From Pseudogymnoascus verrucosus (taxonomy: Eukaryota), in the NCBI GenBank assembly GCA_001662655.1, contig KV460224.1: a stretch of 64,000 nucleotides of DNA. One strand, 5' to 3'. The notes under the pieces were generated by a model. It made no database searches. It saw nothing but the letters and a program-made list of their open reading frames with translations, and was not told where the DNA came from. The position numbers were made by a program, and so were the translations under genes. Positions 50,899 to 61,604 of this stretch are shown piece by piece; positions within the stretch are counted from its first letter, which is position 1; each line of letters starts with the position of its first letter.

Positions 50899-52602
50899 AT
50901 GACCTCGCCGTATCCCTCGACGTCAAGCCGGACGAGGGATGAGCGCAGCGCAAATACAGGGACTCTATCTTCAGCTACGGTACGACCGCGCGTACGACGA
51001 CTTATAAGCACAGAGAGTGATGGAGAAGCTCCGCCAAAGGACCTTAGCCCTCTGCCGGCTGCACACCCGAGTCGGATAGGCGGCAGTGACAGCATAGGGG
51101 GCAGAAGTAATGGCGGGCTGTTGGGTGGATCAATGAGGGATGGGAATATACCGCAAAGGCAAGGGTTGGGAAAGGGCCTTTTTGATGGTGGCTGGACGGG
51201 GAGCTGGACCGCTCTCCAAGGGCTGGCAAGCTCAGTTCTCAGCGGAGACACGGCGGCCAGCCCGGTGCTGAAACCTGTTGGTGCTACAAGGAGGAAGAGA
51301 CAGAATAGTTTCACACCATCTCCGGCATTCTCGGAATGGGGACCCCCGGGCAAACCGAACAAAGGCAAAGGCAGAGATATCGCAGCAGAGTCACTCGCAG
51401 CGCGCAACTCGGCCGTCAACGTCCTCAAGACAGCATCAGCAATGCAGGATCACGAAGGCACCAATTCAGGCCTCCAGATCGGGCGGCACAAACGCCGCAC
51501 ATCCGACGACCTTACCGGCCCAGCTGTTGACGACGATACTGACGCCCTTGTATACGTCCACCACGTCAAACCAACTGATACCCTCCCTGGCGTTATCCTG
51601 AAATACAACTGCGACCCCGCCGTCTTCCGCAAAGCAAACCGTCTCTGGCCCAACGACGTTATTCAATTCCGCAAAACCGTTCTTGTACCCGTCGACGCCT
51701 GCGCCGTGCGCGGTGTCCCCTGCGACTCGCCCACAGAGCTCATCTCCCCAGCCTCAGCCCTAGCGGATGAAGAACCGCCTAACCTCTCCTCGCCCTCCGC
51801 ACCTTCCCCTTGGGCAAACTCCATCCTCTCCCCCCCAGATATCCCAGAAACAGATACCTCAGACCCAGATGGCGACCCCTGGATCCCTGTCCGCTGGGTT
51901 CTGCTCCCCTCCTCCCCAGCCTCCGAACCGACGCAAATAGCGCGCCTGCCGCGCAAGAAACTAGGCTACTTCCCGCGCCGACGCCGGAAAAGCGGCGATG
52001 TACCCTCGGGCGTGGCGTCATTACTTGATTCTCCGCGTGAATCAGTCGATGTCTCTGCCTCTGCGTCTCCTGCTGCGAGTCCGGGGCCGAGGCGACTGAG
52101 TAATCTGACCAGTGGCATGGCAGCGGGGCGTGCTGTGTCGGTGGGTCGACCGAGGCGGGAGTCTACGAGTGAAGCTGCGGCGAGGGGTGGATGGTTCCGG
52201 GGCCCTGGTGGTGTGGGAACGTTTGGGCCGGATGTGAAGAGGCCGGGCCCGGCACAGGATGGGCTTAACCGCTGGGTTAATAGGCACGTGCCGGGGTTGA
52301 CGATTGATGATGTAGCCTCTAAACATGGAGCTGGATTTTCCGATAGAGAAGGCATGAGTGGTGTAGGAGATGTGTCTGGAAGTGGCGGACGAGGCATCGA
52401 AGTTGCTGCTGCGGCTATAGAGGGCTGGGTGAGGCGGCTTGGAAGGCCAGTGACGCCATTGGGAAGGCAGGTGACGAGGGAGGAAGTCGGAGATCTGATT
52501 GAATTACGAGATGGGCCTGGAAGTGACGACGGAAATATGGGCGGATTTGGAATTGGCACTGGTGGTGTACCACGGGGGAGGAAAGGTGCAAAGGGAAATT
52601 GA
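50899..52602 (+). CDS. Intracellular LysM-domain protein
   Basis: VHHVKPTDTLPGVILKYNCDPAVFRKANRLWPND..LVP is a LysM module. No signal peptide; low-complexity flanks. Confidence 0.85.
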   Translation: MTSPYPSTSSRTRDERSANTGTLSSATVRPRVRRLISTESDGEAPPKDLSPLPAAHPSRIGGSDSIGGRSNGGLLGGSMRDGNIPQRQGLGKGLFDGGWTGSWTALQGLASSVLSGDTAASPVLKPVGATRRKRQNSFTPSPAFSEWGPPGKPNKGKGRDIAAESLAARNSAVNVLKTASAMQDHEGTNSGLQIGRHKRRTSDDLTGPAVDDDTDALVYVHHVKPTDTLPGVILKYNCDPAVFRKANRLWPNDVIQFRKTVLVPVDACAVRGVPCDSPTELISPASALADEEPPNLSSPSAPSPWANSILSPPDIPETDTSDPDGDPWIPVRWVLLPSSPASEPTQIARLPRKKLGYFPRRRRKSGDVPSGVASLLDSPRESVDVSASASPAASPGPRRLSNLTSGMAAGRAVSVGRPRRESTSEAAARGGWFRGPGGVGTFGPDVKRPGPAQDGLNRWVNRHVPGLTIDDVASKHGAGFSDREGMSGVGDVSGSGGRGIEVAAAAIEGWVRRLGRPVTPLGRQVTREEVGDLIELRDGPGSDDGNMGGFGIGTGGVPRGRKGAKGN

Positions 52603-52965
52603 ATCGGGTGAGAGGCAGCGTTTGGATGCGCACCCCACTTGGATAATCAGAGAGTGACGACACTTAGCGTTGCAGGAGGGAACCAGTGAGATATTTGGCT
52701 ACACGTAGCAGTATCCGCACATAAATTTTCTAGATCACATTTTCAGTTCATACCTAGCAAGAAGGTGCGCGCGGCGTTTGGGAGAGGAGGGATTGTGGAT
52801 TCCGCATTTTTTGTGCGGCTGATAGATGAGAGGAACCCGGAGAATGATATCTATATTTTACACGGTCATGAAAATAGCATGTGTGCGAAGAGCTAGGACG
52901 AGAGGTGACCAGAGAATTGAAGTTTGCATTGGCTTATCCCGCACGCCACCCACCCATTGCCCATC

Positions 52966-53334
52966 TCAGACACCACCAAATTCTCCTTTCACAACTTCAC
53001 CCTCGAATTCCCCTTTCATAACTTCCCCCTTTCCTCCCCACAATTGCTCCTTCTTCGCGACCCCCTCTTTCCCATCTCTCATCCCCACCAACTCCCCAAC
53101 TGGTGTAAACCGTCCGCTCAAGCAACTCGGACATCCCACACGCTCCTTCAGCATCTCGGTGTCCCGCCGTGTCTCCCATCGCAGCTCCTCAACAAGTCCT
53201 TTGAGCCTGTCGATCTTGTCGGACAGCTTGGTTTGCTCAGCGAGTAGCGAAATGATAGCATTTTGGAGGAAGGCGATGTGAGTGTTGAGGGAAAGGGAGA
53301 AGGGTGAATGGGATGGTGTGTTTTTGGTGCTCAT
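52966..53334 (-). CDS. Small hypothetical coiled-coil protein with CxxC
   Basis: ATG-initiated 122-aa ORF with heptad pattern LQNAIISLLAEQTKLSDKIDRLKGLVEEL and CPSC. Confidence 0.45.
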   Translation of the reverse strand: MSTKNTPSHSPFSLSLNTHIAFLQNAIISLLAEQTKLSDKIDRLKGLVEELRWETRRDTEMLKERVGCPSCLSGRFTPVGELVGMRDGKEGVAKKEQLWGGKGEVMKGEFEGEVVKGEFGGV

Positions 53335-53792
53335 GGTTGGTGTAGTTGGGGATGGAGTGGTGTTGAGAGGTGCCGAGATTTGGTGGGCATGGAAGGGTTT
53401 TGTGGAGGGTTGTTAAAGAAGCGTGGGTGGAAGGGAGAGGGAGGTTGAGCCGGAGTGTTCTACGGGATACTTGGAATCTTTCTTTAGGAGCTGGTCTTGC
53501 TTTGTGGGAGAAATGCAAAGTGTGAGAGCCACGGTGATAACCCATTGACATCTCCAGGACAAAAAAATCAATTGAACGCCTTTAATCCTCTATAAAATCA
53601 AAAACCCAAGTTTGCATCCGCCTATATCTCCCAGCAGAACTCTCTCCCAACACCTGGCGCATTCCACCCCTTCACCCTTCAGCAAGCCGCCACGGCCGCG
53701 GATGTTCAAGGTCCTAGCATGGCCCGCCACGCCCCTCATACACCTAACCTCCTACTCCATCACAAACATCTCGGCCAGCACCCACGCCCCAT

Positions 53793-54600
53793 TCACCCAG
53801 ATAATGCGCCTCCAGACCCTGCGACAGTCCCGCTGCTTGTGTCGTAGCCCGTAATGAAGAACGCTGCCTTTTTTAGAGCGGAGATATACACATCCAGCTG
53901 CCCAGACTCCCGCTCCATCTCAGCCCGTCGCTGCCCCATAACGGCCCGCAGCCGCTCGGCGCCGCGCAGAAGTCCCTGTATCCTTTCAAGGTCTTTTGGC
54001 ACTGGACGCCCTCCCAATAGCTCGATCGCTTGATGTAGGTTTGCCACCAACTGAGGTGCACAGTCTCGCTGAAGCGCACTCTCTTGTTGGAGCAGTTGCT
54101 TGTGTTTGTATGCAATGCCTCGCAGCATTATGACAAGATTACGTAGTGAGTTCTTGGTTTCCGCGAGTGATTGTTGCCGGGGCTGTTGTGCAACTGCTGT
54201 CTTGGGCTTTGATTCCCCTTCCATGATGCAAGTAGACAAGAATGGAGGCAATGTTTTGGGCGAGGAAGTGCGCGACAAGGTGTTGATTGATGGCCCCGAG
54301 CAATTGATGAAGGTTTTTGCTCTGTATAGAAGGGATGAGATTTCATATCTAAGTTAACACGACGATGGCGAGGACATTATATATGGAAGTAATGAGAGGG
54401 TTTTCACTCCCCCGAGGACAAAGATGTTTGATATGTGGACGAAACGCGAAAATTATCTTGACGAATATAGCACCTGCGTTTCATGCTGCTGCGAGACTGA
54501 AGTTCTGGTCTACCGTCCGTCTCCTCCAGACTTGACTCCAGCAGTTTGATAGTAGCGAAGACCTGGACCTGCTCGGCGACGTCAGTCGTCTGACTCAGGG
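53793..54600 (-). CDS. Hypothetical helical protein, start not resolved
   Basis: ORF 53793-54278 extends upstream to an AG acceptor at about 54349 and can join ORF 54404-54640. No clear ATG was found. Confidence 0.4.
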
Positions 54601-54947
54601 GTAAGAGATGCCTTTGTTCAGTACGAGACAACGGGCACAATGATGCACTCTCTACAACATCAAAACATGTGTGTCAGTCCTCACCTCCGCCCTCACGGGA
54701 CACAGAAAGAATCACATAGACAACCACCCCTCAACATCCCACCATCACAACCCCCGCTTTGAAACCACAACTGCTCGACGACAGCCCTCACCCACACAAC
54801 AAAACCTCAAAACAACAACGCTCCATTATCAGTCCAAACTATACATGGGTATACCTATCCCTATCTCATCCCATATCCCGCTATGATGCCGCTAACCCGA
54901 CCACTGCAATGCCCCATGCTGCACCATCTAGCCAATTTACCACGAAA

Positions 54948-56080
54948 TTAATAATCAACAGCCCACCCATTCTCCTTCAGGAACTCCTCGCACGCCTCCC
55001 GCAGCGCCAGGTTGGGCCGTAGCTCGTCGATGCGCAGTGGTTCGCGCGTGAGCGGGTCGGTGGGAGAGCGGCGGAGGTGCTCCATGATTGAGGCGCGCTC
55101 GTAGGATTTGCCCGTTTTTGTCTTTGGGAGGTGTGTTAATAAGGGTGCTTGAAGTGGTATAGGGGATACCAGTTGTGACGTTTGATGTCTCCAGGGGGGG
55201 GATGACTTACTATAACCGGATCGACCATGAAGGAGAAGGTAATATCATCAACCGCCCAATCCGGCACAACCCTCTTCTTCTCCGCCTTCCCAGCCTCAAC
55301 CCACACCCTCTCAACCTCCTCAATCATCTCCTCTCCCTCCTTCCTCAGGCCCTCCCTCTCCCCCTCCTCAGCCCCTTCAACTCTCCTCTCCAAATCCCGC
55401 CTCAACCCCTCCACAACCTTCCCCCTCACCCCCTCCGTCCCCGCAAGCCTCTCCTGCTCCCTCTCCTCCCACGCAGCTTTCTTACACTTCAACACCACAG
55501 ACACTACACTCCCCAAACTCCCCGCCTCCTCCTTCGCAGCAATCTTATACGCCTCCATCGCCTCCTTCAGCGCCTCCCTTCCACGCCCCAGTCCCACTAG
55601 CGCCTGCGCCCCGTAATGCCGCGCCTTCATATTCGCCTTCTCCTTAATCGCCAAACTCGACGAGCAGTCCTCCAGCACGCCTTCCAACAGCCCCAGCTTT
55701 AGCCTCGCCATCGCGCGGTTGGTATACAACATCGGAGCCGACGGGTCGATGAGAATAGCTTTAGTATACAGCGCCTCGGCCTGCACGAGGTCATTGGACC
55801 GGAAGTATCTGGATCCCTCGAGGTTAGCTGCTGAAGCGGCGGTGGTGGTAGTGTGAAGATAGAGCGCGTGGGCTCTTTCGGCCTCGGTCATGGGGGTTTT
55901 GGGAGTGGATACGCCGGTGCTTGGGTCTTCGTCCTCACTCGTGTCTTCGACTGCTTCGTCGGGAGTGGAACGAGTGGGCAGAGGGAAGTTGGTTGATGAG
56001 GTAGGGAGAATGATGATGGGGTTTTCGGGGGGAGCTGGGGTTGGGAAGTAGTCCTCTGGCTCGTCTGGAACGTCGTCCAT
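54948..56080 (-). CDS. CHIP/STUB1-like TPR-U-box E3 ubiquitin ligase, 2 exons
   Basis: TPR (AEALYTKAI, LYTNRAMARLKL) and U-box (VPDWAVDDITFSFMVDPVI|TKTGKSYERASIMEHL...DPLTREPL...LRPNLALREACEEFL). Confidence 0.92.
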
Positions 56081-57409
56081 GGCGAGTGTGATGTGCCCTT
56101 ATATCCACTCGTTGGAGTTTCTCTCGGCTTCTCTCATATGCCTGCTCTACTCACAGCCAGCACTTGCTTCGTGACCCAGCAGTGAGAACCAGAACTAGTA
56201 GTTGACTGAGTAGTTGACTGAAGCAAAGTAGAGACTCAGAAGCAGGAGTTATTCAAAACCACGGGGGCAATAGGACTAGAATGGAAGCAGAAAATATCAT
56301 CAAAAGAACCAACACAAAGACAAGCCAACCTACTTATTCCCCTCCTCCTTCAACTGCTGCGCGCGTGCCGCCGACATCTCTACTTTATTGCCCCTGCACC
56401 TATGCGAACCTTCCCGATGCCTCTCTCTGCCTACCACTCAGCTACTCCAGGCAGCTCTCTCCCTCGGTATGAGTCGCCGTGTGGGTCGTGCAGCCAGGGC
56501 GAGACAAGGCTGTGCTATGGAGCCAGCAGGCTGCAGCGGCGGCCTGGAGGGGGCCTGGGCGCTTGGGGAGTGTTGATTGGAATTCGAGAGCTGGGAGGGG
56601 GGATTGTTATCAGGATGCTTGCTGGCTGGGTCTGGAGCGCGGGGGGGGTTTCGAGCGTAGGCTGGTCTGCGTGGCTGTGCGTCGTTGGTTGGTTGAGTCG
56701 GCGTGGTCGGTCAGCCTCGTGGGTGTCTGAGTGACGGTGGGGGGTTCTGGATGTGAAGGTATGTAGGGACTCGCTATGCTGACGCTGATGATATCACCGC
56801 TAGGAGAATAAATGAGTGTAATATATACAGCTATTCCGGAAAGAAGAAATAAAAGAAGGGGGAGAGGAGAGCTGAGTTTAAATGTTTTATGTCGGCGTTT
56901 GTACTGGTGGGTGTGCTGTCGTGGGGTTCAGCTATCCGTCGGCCATCCCTGTTGGGGTTGTATCTGTCAGCCGTGGAGCTATTGGAAGCTGCTAGAAGAG
57001 GAAATATATACCGTGATTTACGATATCACTTACAACTTATCGTATCGACTTCAACAAGAGCTCTGCGAATATACACAAACACTAATATATATATGCGAAT
57101 GTATACTGCTGTTCTTACATTCTAGTCGGCTGTTTGGGCGTTGGTTGTCATCTTGGATTCATCTGGGAGTCATTGGCTCATAACTTCACCATGCAATCAA
57201 TATCACGAATATGACGATGTATCCCCGCAATATATCGCACTTCGGAAGAAACAGTTATCACTGTCCCATGAGCATGGTCGGTGGAATAACACGCCTTCTA
57301 GTTTATATAGCGCTTAATATACACTTTCTAAACATCTCTCTCTTCCCCTCCTTCTCCCATCCTGCCCTTCTATCCCAACCAACTTCCCCATTCGAATCAA
57401 ATAAGTCGA

Positions 57410-58105
57410 TTAGAAAGGCTGCCTCATAGTTAGTATCCCGCGTCATGCTCATTCATCCACCACACAAGAAGGGATATCACATACGTTGTCCGAAGCCGGA
57501 ATCTCCCTGATGAACCTTTGTCCGATGAAAGGCACCTTCTGCAAAGTCGTTAGCCCCCACTCTCCCTTGACACCATTTCCATTTCCATTTCCATATCATC
57601 TCATCTCTGGGGACGTACCGAGAGGATATCCTTGCGCACAATTGGCACCTCGCCGAAGAAGAAGAGGGCGAAGAAGCCGGCGGACGCGCCGAAGCCGGCA
57701 AGAGTCATGCCACTGTCAAACCGTCAGCATGTCTGTTCCAAGCACCTTGTCCATATCCATATCCATCCTCCATCCCCATCCGGCTCGCCATGCCTTCACT
57801 CGCATCTCGGATCGGCGGGAAACCCACAGCTTCGTCGTCGACTTGACGGTCCACCCGCCAATGTTTGGCTGGATCTTGTACCTGCGCCCTGTCAGCCCTC
57901 CATTCCTCCCTCTCTCATAATAGCCATTGCGGATTGTTAAACGTACTTAGGTCCATAAGCGGAGCGGTAGGTGCGGTACGCCTTCTGCGACGCCCACGGG
58001 GCGGTAGTCTATCGTAGCTCAGTCAGCCCAGCTCTGTCCATCATTCGCTGCTTCTGCGCGCAAATCTCTATGCGCGAGAGTATGTAAAGAGCTTACCCCA
58101 GCCAT
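57410..58105 (-). CDS. QCR10: Cytochrome bc1 complex subunit 10, about 6 short exons
   Basis: Spliced MAG|TTAPW..YRSAYGPK|YKIQPNIGGWT..|GMTLAGFGASAGFFALFFFGEVPIVRKDILS|KVPFIG..REIPASDN|PF*, matching the fungal Qcr10 pattern. Confidence 0.85.
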
Positions 58106-59427
58106 TGTATGCGATTAGGTTGCGCGGAGGCGTATGTGGAGGGTTCAATTGGGGGGTTTGATGCGAGTCGGAGCTTGTCTTTGGTCAATTGCAGATTTCC
58201 CGAGAGGGTATTCGCAAACATCACGTGACTAAAAACAAGAGGATAGCCGGGATGTTCCGAGAGTGACATGTGTGAACTGCTCTCTTGATCGAAGGTTTTC
58301 TTCGATTTGTGTGGCATATTTAAATATCTACAGCTTCATTATATCTCTAATAGGATATATGCTGTTGTTCCGTGATTATTCATACTAATTCCCATTATAA
58401 CGACTGTTTGGTTGAACTTGATAGATAGACAGCAACTATTTGTTGTACCCTCTCATACTAAACCAGTGCAGAGGTACTTGCTCCCTCTCCCCACACATGG
58501 ACCCTTCAGTACCTTCGTATCGGGCATAGCAGGAATCTGATACTCACGAGACAAACAGACAGACAGCCTTGCCACCGACGTCAAGATCAACGACAAACTG
58601 TTATAATATCTCGAACACTCACTCTTTTTCTCTCTTCTCTTCTCTTCACAATCACCGTCACTACTTTCGCCAGCTTCATATTTCTACAGACTCCCAGCTC
58701 GTCCCTTATAAACCCCCGTGGCCCCCCAAGAGTTACATCACCGATCCTCCAACCAACATCCTGTGCCCAGCCCAGCACAGTACAATCCCCATCCCGTCGC
58801 CCTCGGCAGACCTCGGAGCGCTGCCTGTAATTCCCATCCTCCTGATTCGACAACAACCATCCACCACCCCTCACTCGACCGTCCACGAACATACCCTCCT
58901 CACGTCACTCACACGGCACAACCGCGACTCGCTCACTCATCCAAACCTTTCCGCGGCTAGGCGTCCGGGCGACCTGTCAGTCAACCAGAGAAGAAGAGGG
59001 GGACCGACCACCATCCATAAAATACATCCAGATCCCCCATCGCTATCCCCCGAGATAAGACGCCCATTTCCCCGCAAACTCGACCCCGCGATCCCATTTT
59101 CCCCGCCGGCGACTGTTTGGTCCCCGTGTGGTGACGATATTGCATACGGCCAACGATTTGAAGACGACGAGACCGACTGTTGATCGGTATTGAGCGCGGA
59201 GGTGTTAAAAGCCGCCGACGTCGACAAGTTGAACAGCACCAACTCATACTGCCCTGAACGGAAGGAACGACTCGTTGATCGGGTCTGACACAAGAGGAAG
59301 CCACGACCTTCCTTCTTGTGATATAAAAGGAAGCGACGACCGCGAACGAAATCACCACCGCACCTTCCGAACCGGCCTCACCTGGCCATCCAACATCGCA
59401 TCTTCCAAACTGGCTTCACAACCCACC

Positions 59428-59943
59428 ATGCCTTCCCCAACCCAACACCCCCCCCGCCCCTTCCTCTCCAACTTCCTCGCCGCCTTCCGCGCCCGCTCCT
59501 CCTTCCAACAACCTACAAAACAACCCTCCACTACCACCTCCACAGCAAGCACCTCCACACAGCCCCCCTCGCCCTCCTCCCAGCCCTCTCAGCCGTCTCA
59601 GCCCTCACAGCCCTCACACCCCCGCACCATTACCCCGCCAAAATCCCACAACCACCCCACCACCTCCGCCCTCTCGGCCCTGCACTCCCCGCCGCTTTCT
59701 CGCTCACCAGGCACGAGCCCGGGGTACATGTCTACCATGGCCAACTCGGCTGCGGCGAGGAGGAGGGGGAGTGACAGTGAGAGTGAAGGTGGCGGGGGGT
59801 TTAGGGAGATTGGCAGTGGAGGGGGGGAGAAGTGGTATGTGGGTGGACGAACGGCGGCGGGGGAGGAGAGGTTCTTTAGATTGGGTGTTGTGAGGAGGGA
59901 TGGGAGTTTGGATAGGGTTAGTTCGGATAGGTTGAGTTTGTAA
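59428..59943 (+). CDS. Fungal hypothetical protein (disordered)
   Basis: PFLSNFLAAFRA..., QPS tandem repeats, RRRGSDS, EKWYVGGRTAAGEERFFRLG..S.DRLSL. Confidence 0.7.
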   Translation: MPSPTQHPPRPFLSNFLAAFRARSSFQQPTKQPSTTTSTASTSTQPPSPSSQPSQPSQPSQPSHPRTITPPKSHNHPTTSALSALHSPPLSRSPGTSPGYMSTMANSAAARRRGSDSESEGGGGFREIGSGGGEKWYVGGRTAAGEERFFRLGVVRRDGSLDRVSSDRLSL

Positions 59944-59999
59944 TGTGGAGAGAGAATGCGGAGAGTGCGGAGGGATTGGATGATGCATTGACTGCGGGC

Positions 60000-60101
60000 T
60001 GGATATGAACGATCATTGAGTCGATATGAGACACGGATATGACATTGGATACGGATATGACACTGGATATGGACAACATGACAAATGGATACGGATATGG
60101 G
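60000..60101. repeat. Degenerate GGATAT/GGATAC-based minisatellite in 3' UTR region
   Basis: Repeated ggatatga, ggatacggatatga and ggatatgg units. Confidence 0.6.
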
Positions 60102-60407
60102 AGGCAACTCGGCTTGGGCAGGACAGGACAGCTCGGACGGACGGCTAGGTTTGCTTTGATTTGGCGTTCTGGCGAACTTGGTAGATGTAGATGACCGACG
60201 CGACTCGGCGCGGTGACGGACAAAAGGCAGCTTCTTGGCTCAGCTTCGTCTGATGATACGATGAATACACACACATTACCGCTCTTCAATACCCGTGTCA
60301 GACTTGGTAGTTCCATTATGCATGCCATTTATTAACTCCGTAAACCCCTTAGAGACCCCACTCTCCAATATATCCCCCCTGGTATCACACCCCCCCTAGC
60401 CCCCCAC

Positions 60408-61098
60408 CTAAAACCCCTCACCCATCTCAATCCCCCCCTCCTCATCCTCATCCTCCTCCTCCTCCTCCCTCCTCCCCTCCGCCCCCCCCCCCCCACCCAA
60501 CCTCGCCAACCCCCCCCCCACCCCCGCCACAACCCCCCTCACCTCCCCAACCTCCCAAGCACCCACAGTCCCCACCCCCCTCACGCCCCCCTCCCCCGCA
60601 ACCACAAACCCCCTAACCTTTCCCCCCCTCACCTCCCTCACCCCCCTCACCAGCCGTCCCACGACCGCTTCTTCCCCGCCCAGACACCCGCCGCTCACGA
60701 GCGCCTGCGCGATCTCAACCCAGTGGAAGGGGAGCATGTCGCAGAACTCGGGGCTGGCGAGCTCGGCTGCTAATATCGTCTCGAGCCCCGCGGGAGTCAG
60801 CCACGGCGGGGGGACTAGCGTCGCGCGGTTTTGCCGGTGTAGTAAGAGCGCCAGCCACAGCGGTAGGGTTGTAGGGCGCGGGGGGTTGAGCTGGGGTGTT
60901 GGGCCCTGGTATCGTTAATAATTACTCTCTTTCTGGTCCTTGCGTTGCCCTGCTTCATGCGCGGGGGACTGGGGGGGAACGTACGGAGAGTAATTCGATA
61001 GACTGCATTCTCTGTCGCGGAATAACGGTTATAGGTTCGTTCTCACACAGGAAAGCCGTTTCTGCTGGTGTCAGCCCCGCGGGGAGAGGGAGGGCCAT
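60408..61098 (-). CDS. PSF2: GINS complex subunit Psf2, 2 exons
   Basis: [76 protein letters not shown]. Confidence 0.9.
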
Positions 61099-61604
61099 GG
61101 TATGTGTGTGTGTGGTGAGGAGGAGAGCGGGGAGTCGTGGAGTCGCGGGGCGGCGCGTTCAAGCGCGCTTCGGGGTGATGGTGAGGAGTGCTCGGCGTGG
61201 CTTGTTGGGGTGGATTGTGGGTCGGTAGGTAGATAGTGAGAGTTCGTGGATTTGGTATGTGTATCGTGGTATCGTAAAGGCGTGTTTGGCGTTATGGCGG
61301 TGGGAATGCTTGAGGTTGATGAGGGGATGTCTGTCGCGTCGTGGTGGTGAAGTTGCGAGGCTGTGGTGGGGGGTTGGCGAGGCTGAGGGTCTGGTGAGAA
61401 AATGGTCTGCGATTGATATTTCTCCTTGCGACGATATATTGTACAACATTTTAACTTTTGTATTCCTTTTATACATTTGTATACTATGTAACATGCCCCG
61501 GGAGGCCGCTGAAATATAATTATACACTCGGAGAATCCGTCATCATTAACATGAACACATCATCAACCACCACCCACCACCCACCACCCACCACCCACCA
61601 CCGC

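Noticed and set aside
50805..52559. Minus-strand ORFs of 207 and 197 aa
   Set aside because: Antisense shadows of the GC-rich LysM gene.
56281..57200. Several short ORFs between CHIP and QCR10
   Set aside because: Low complexity with no motifs; more likely UTR or intergenic.
58569..59400. 204-aa ORF and N-terminal extension of the 59275 ORF
   Set aside because: Non-ATG starts in C-rich leader-like sequence. ATG 59428 is the better start.
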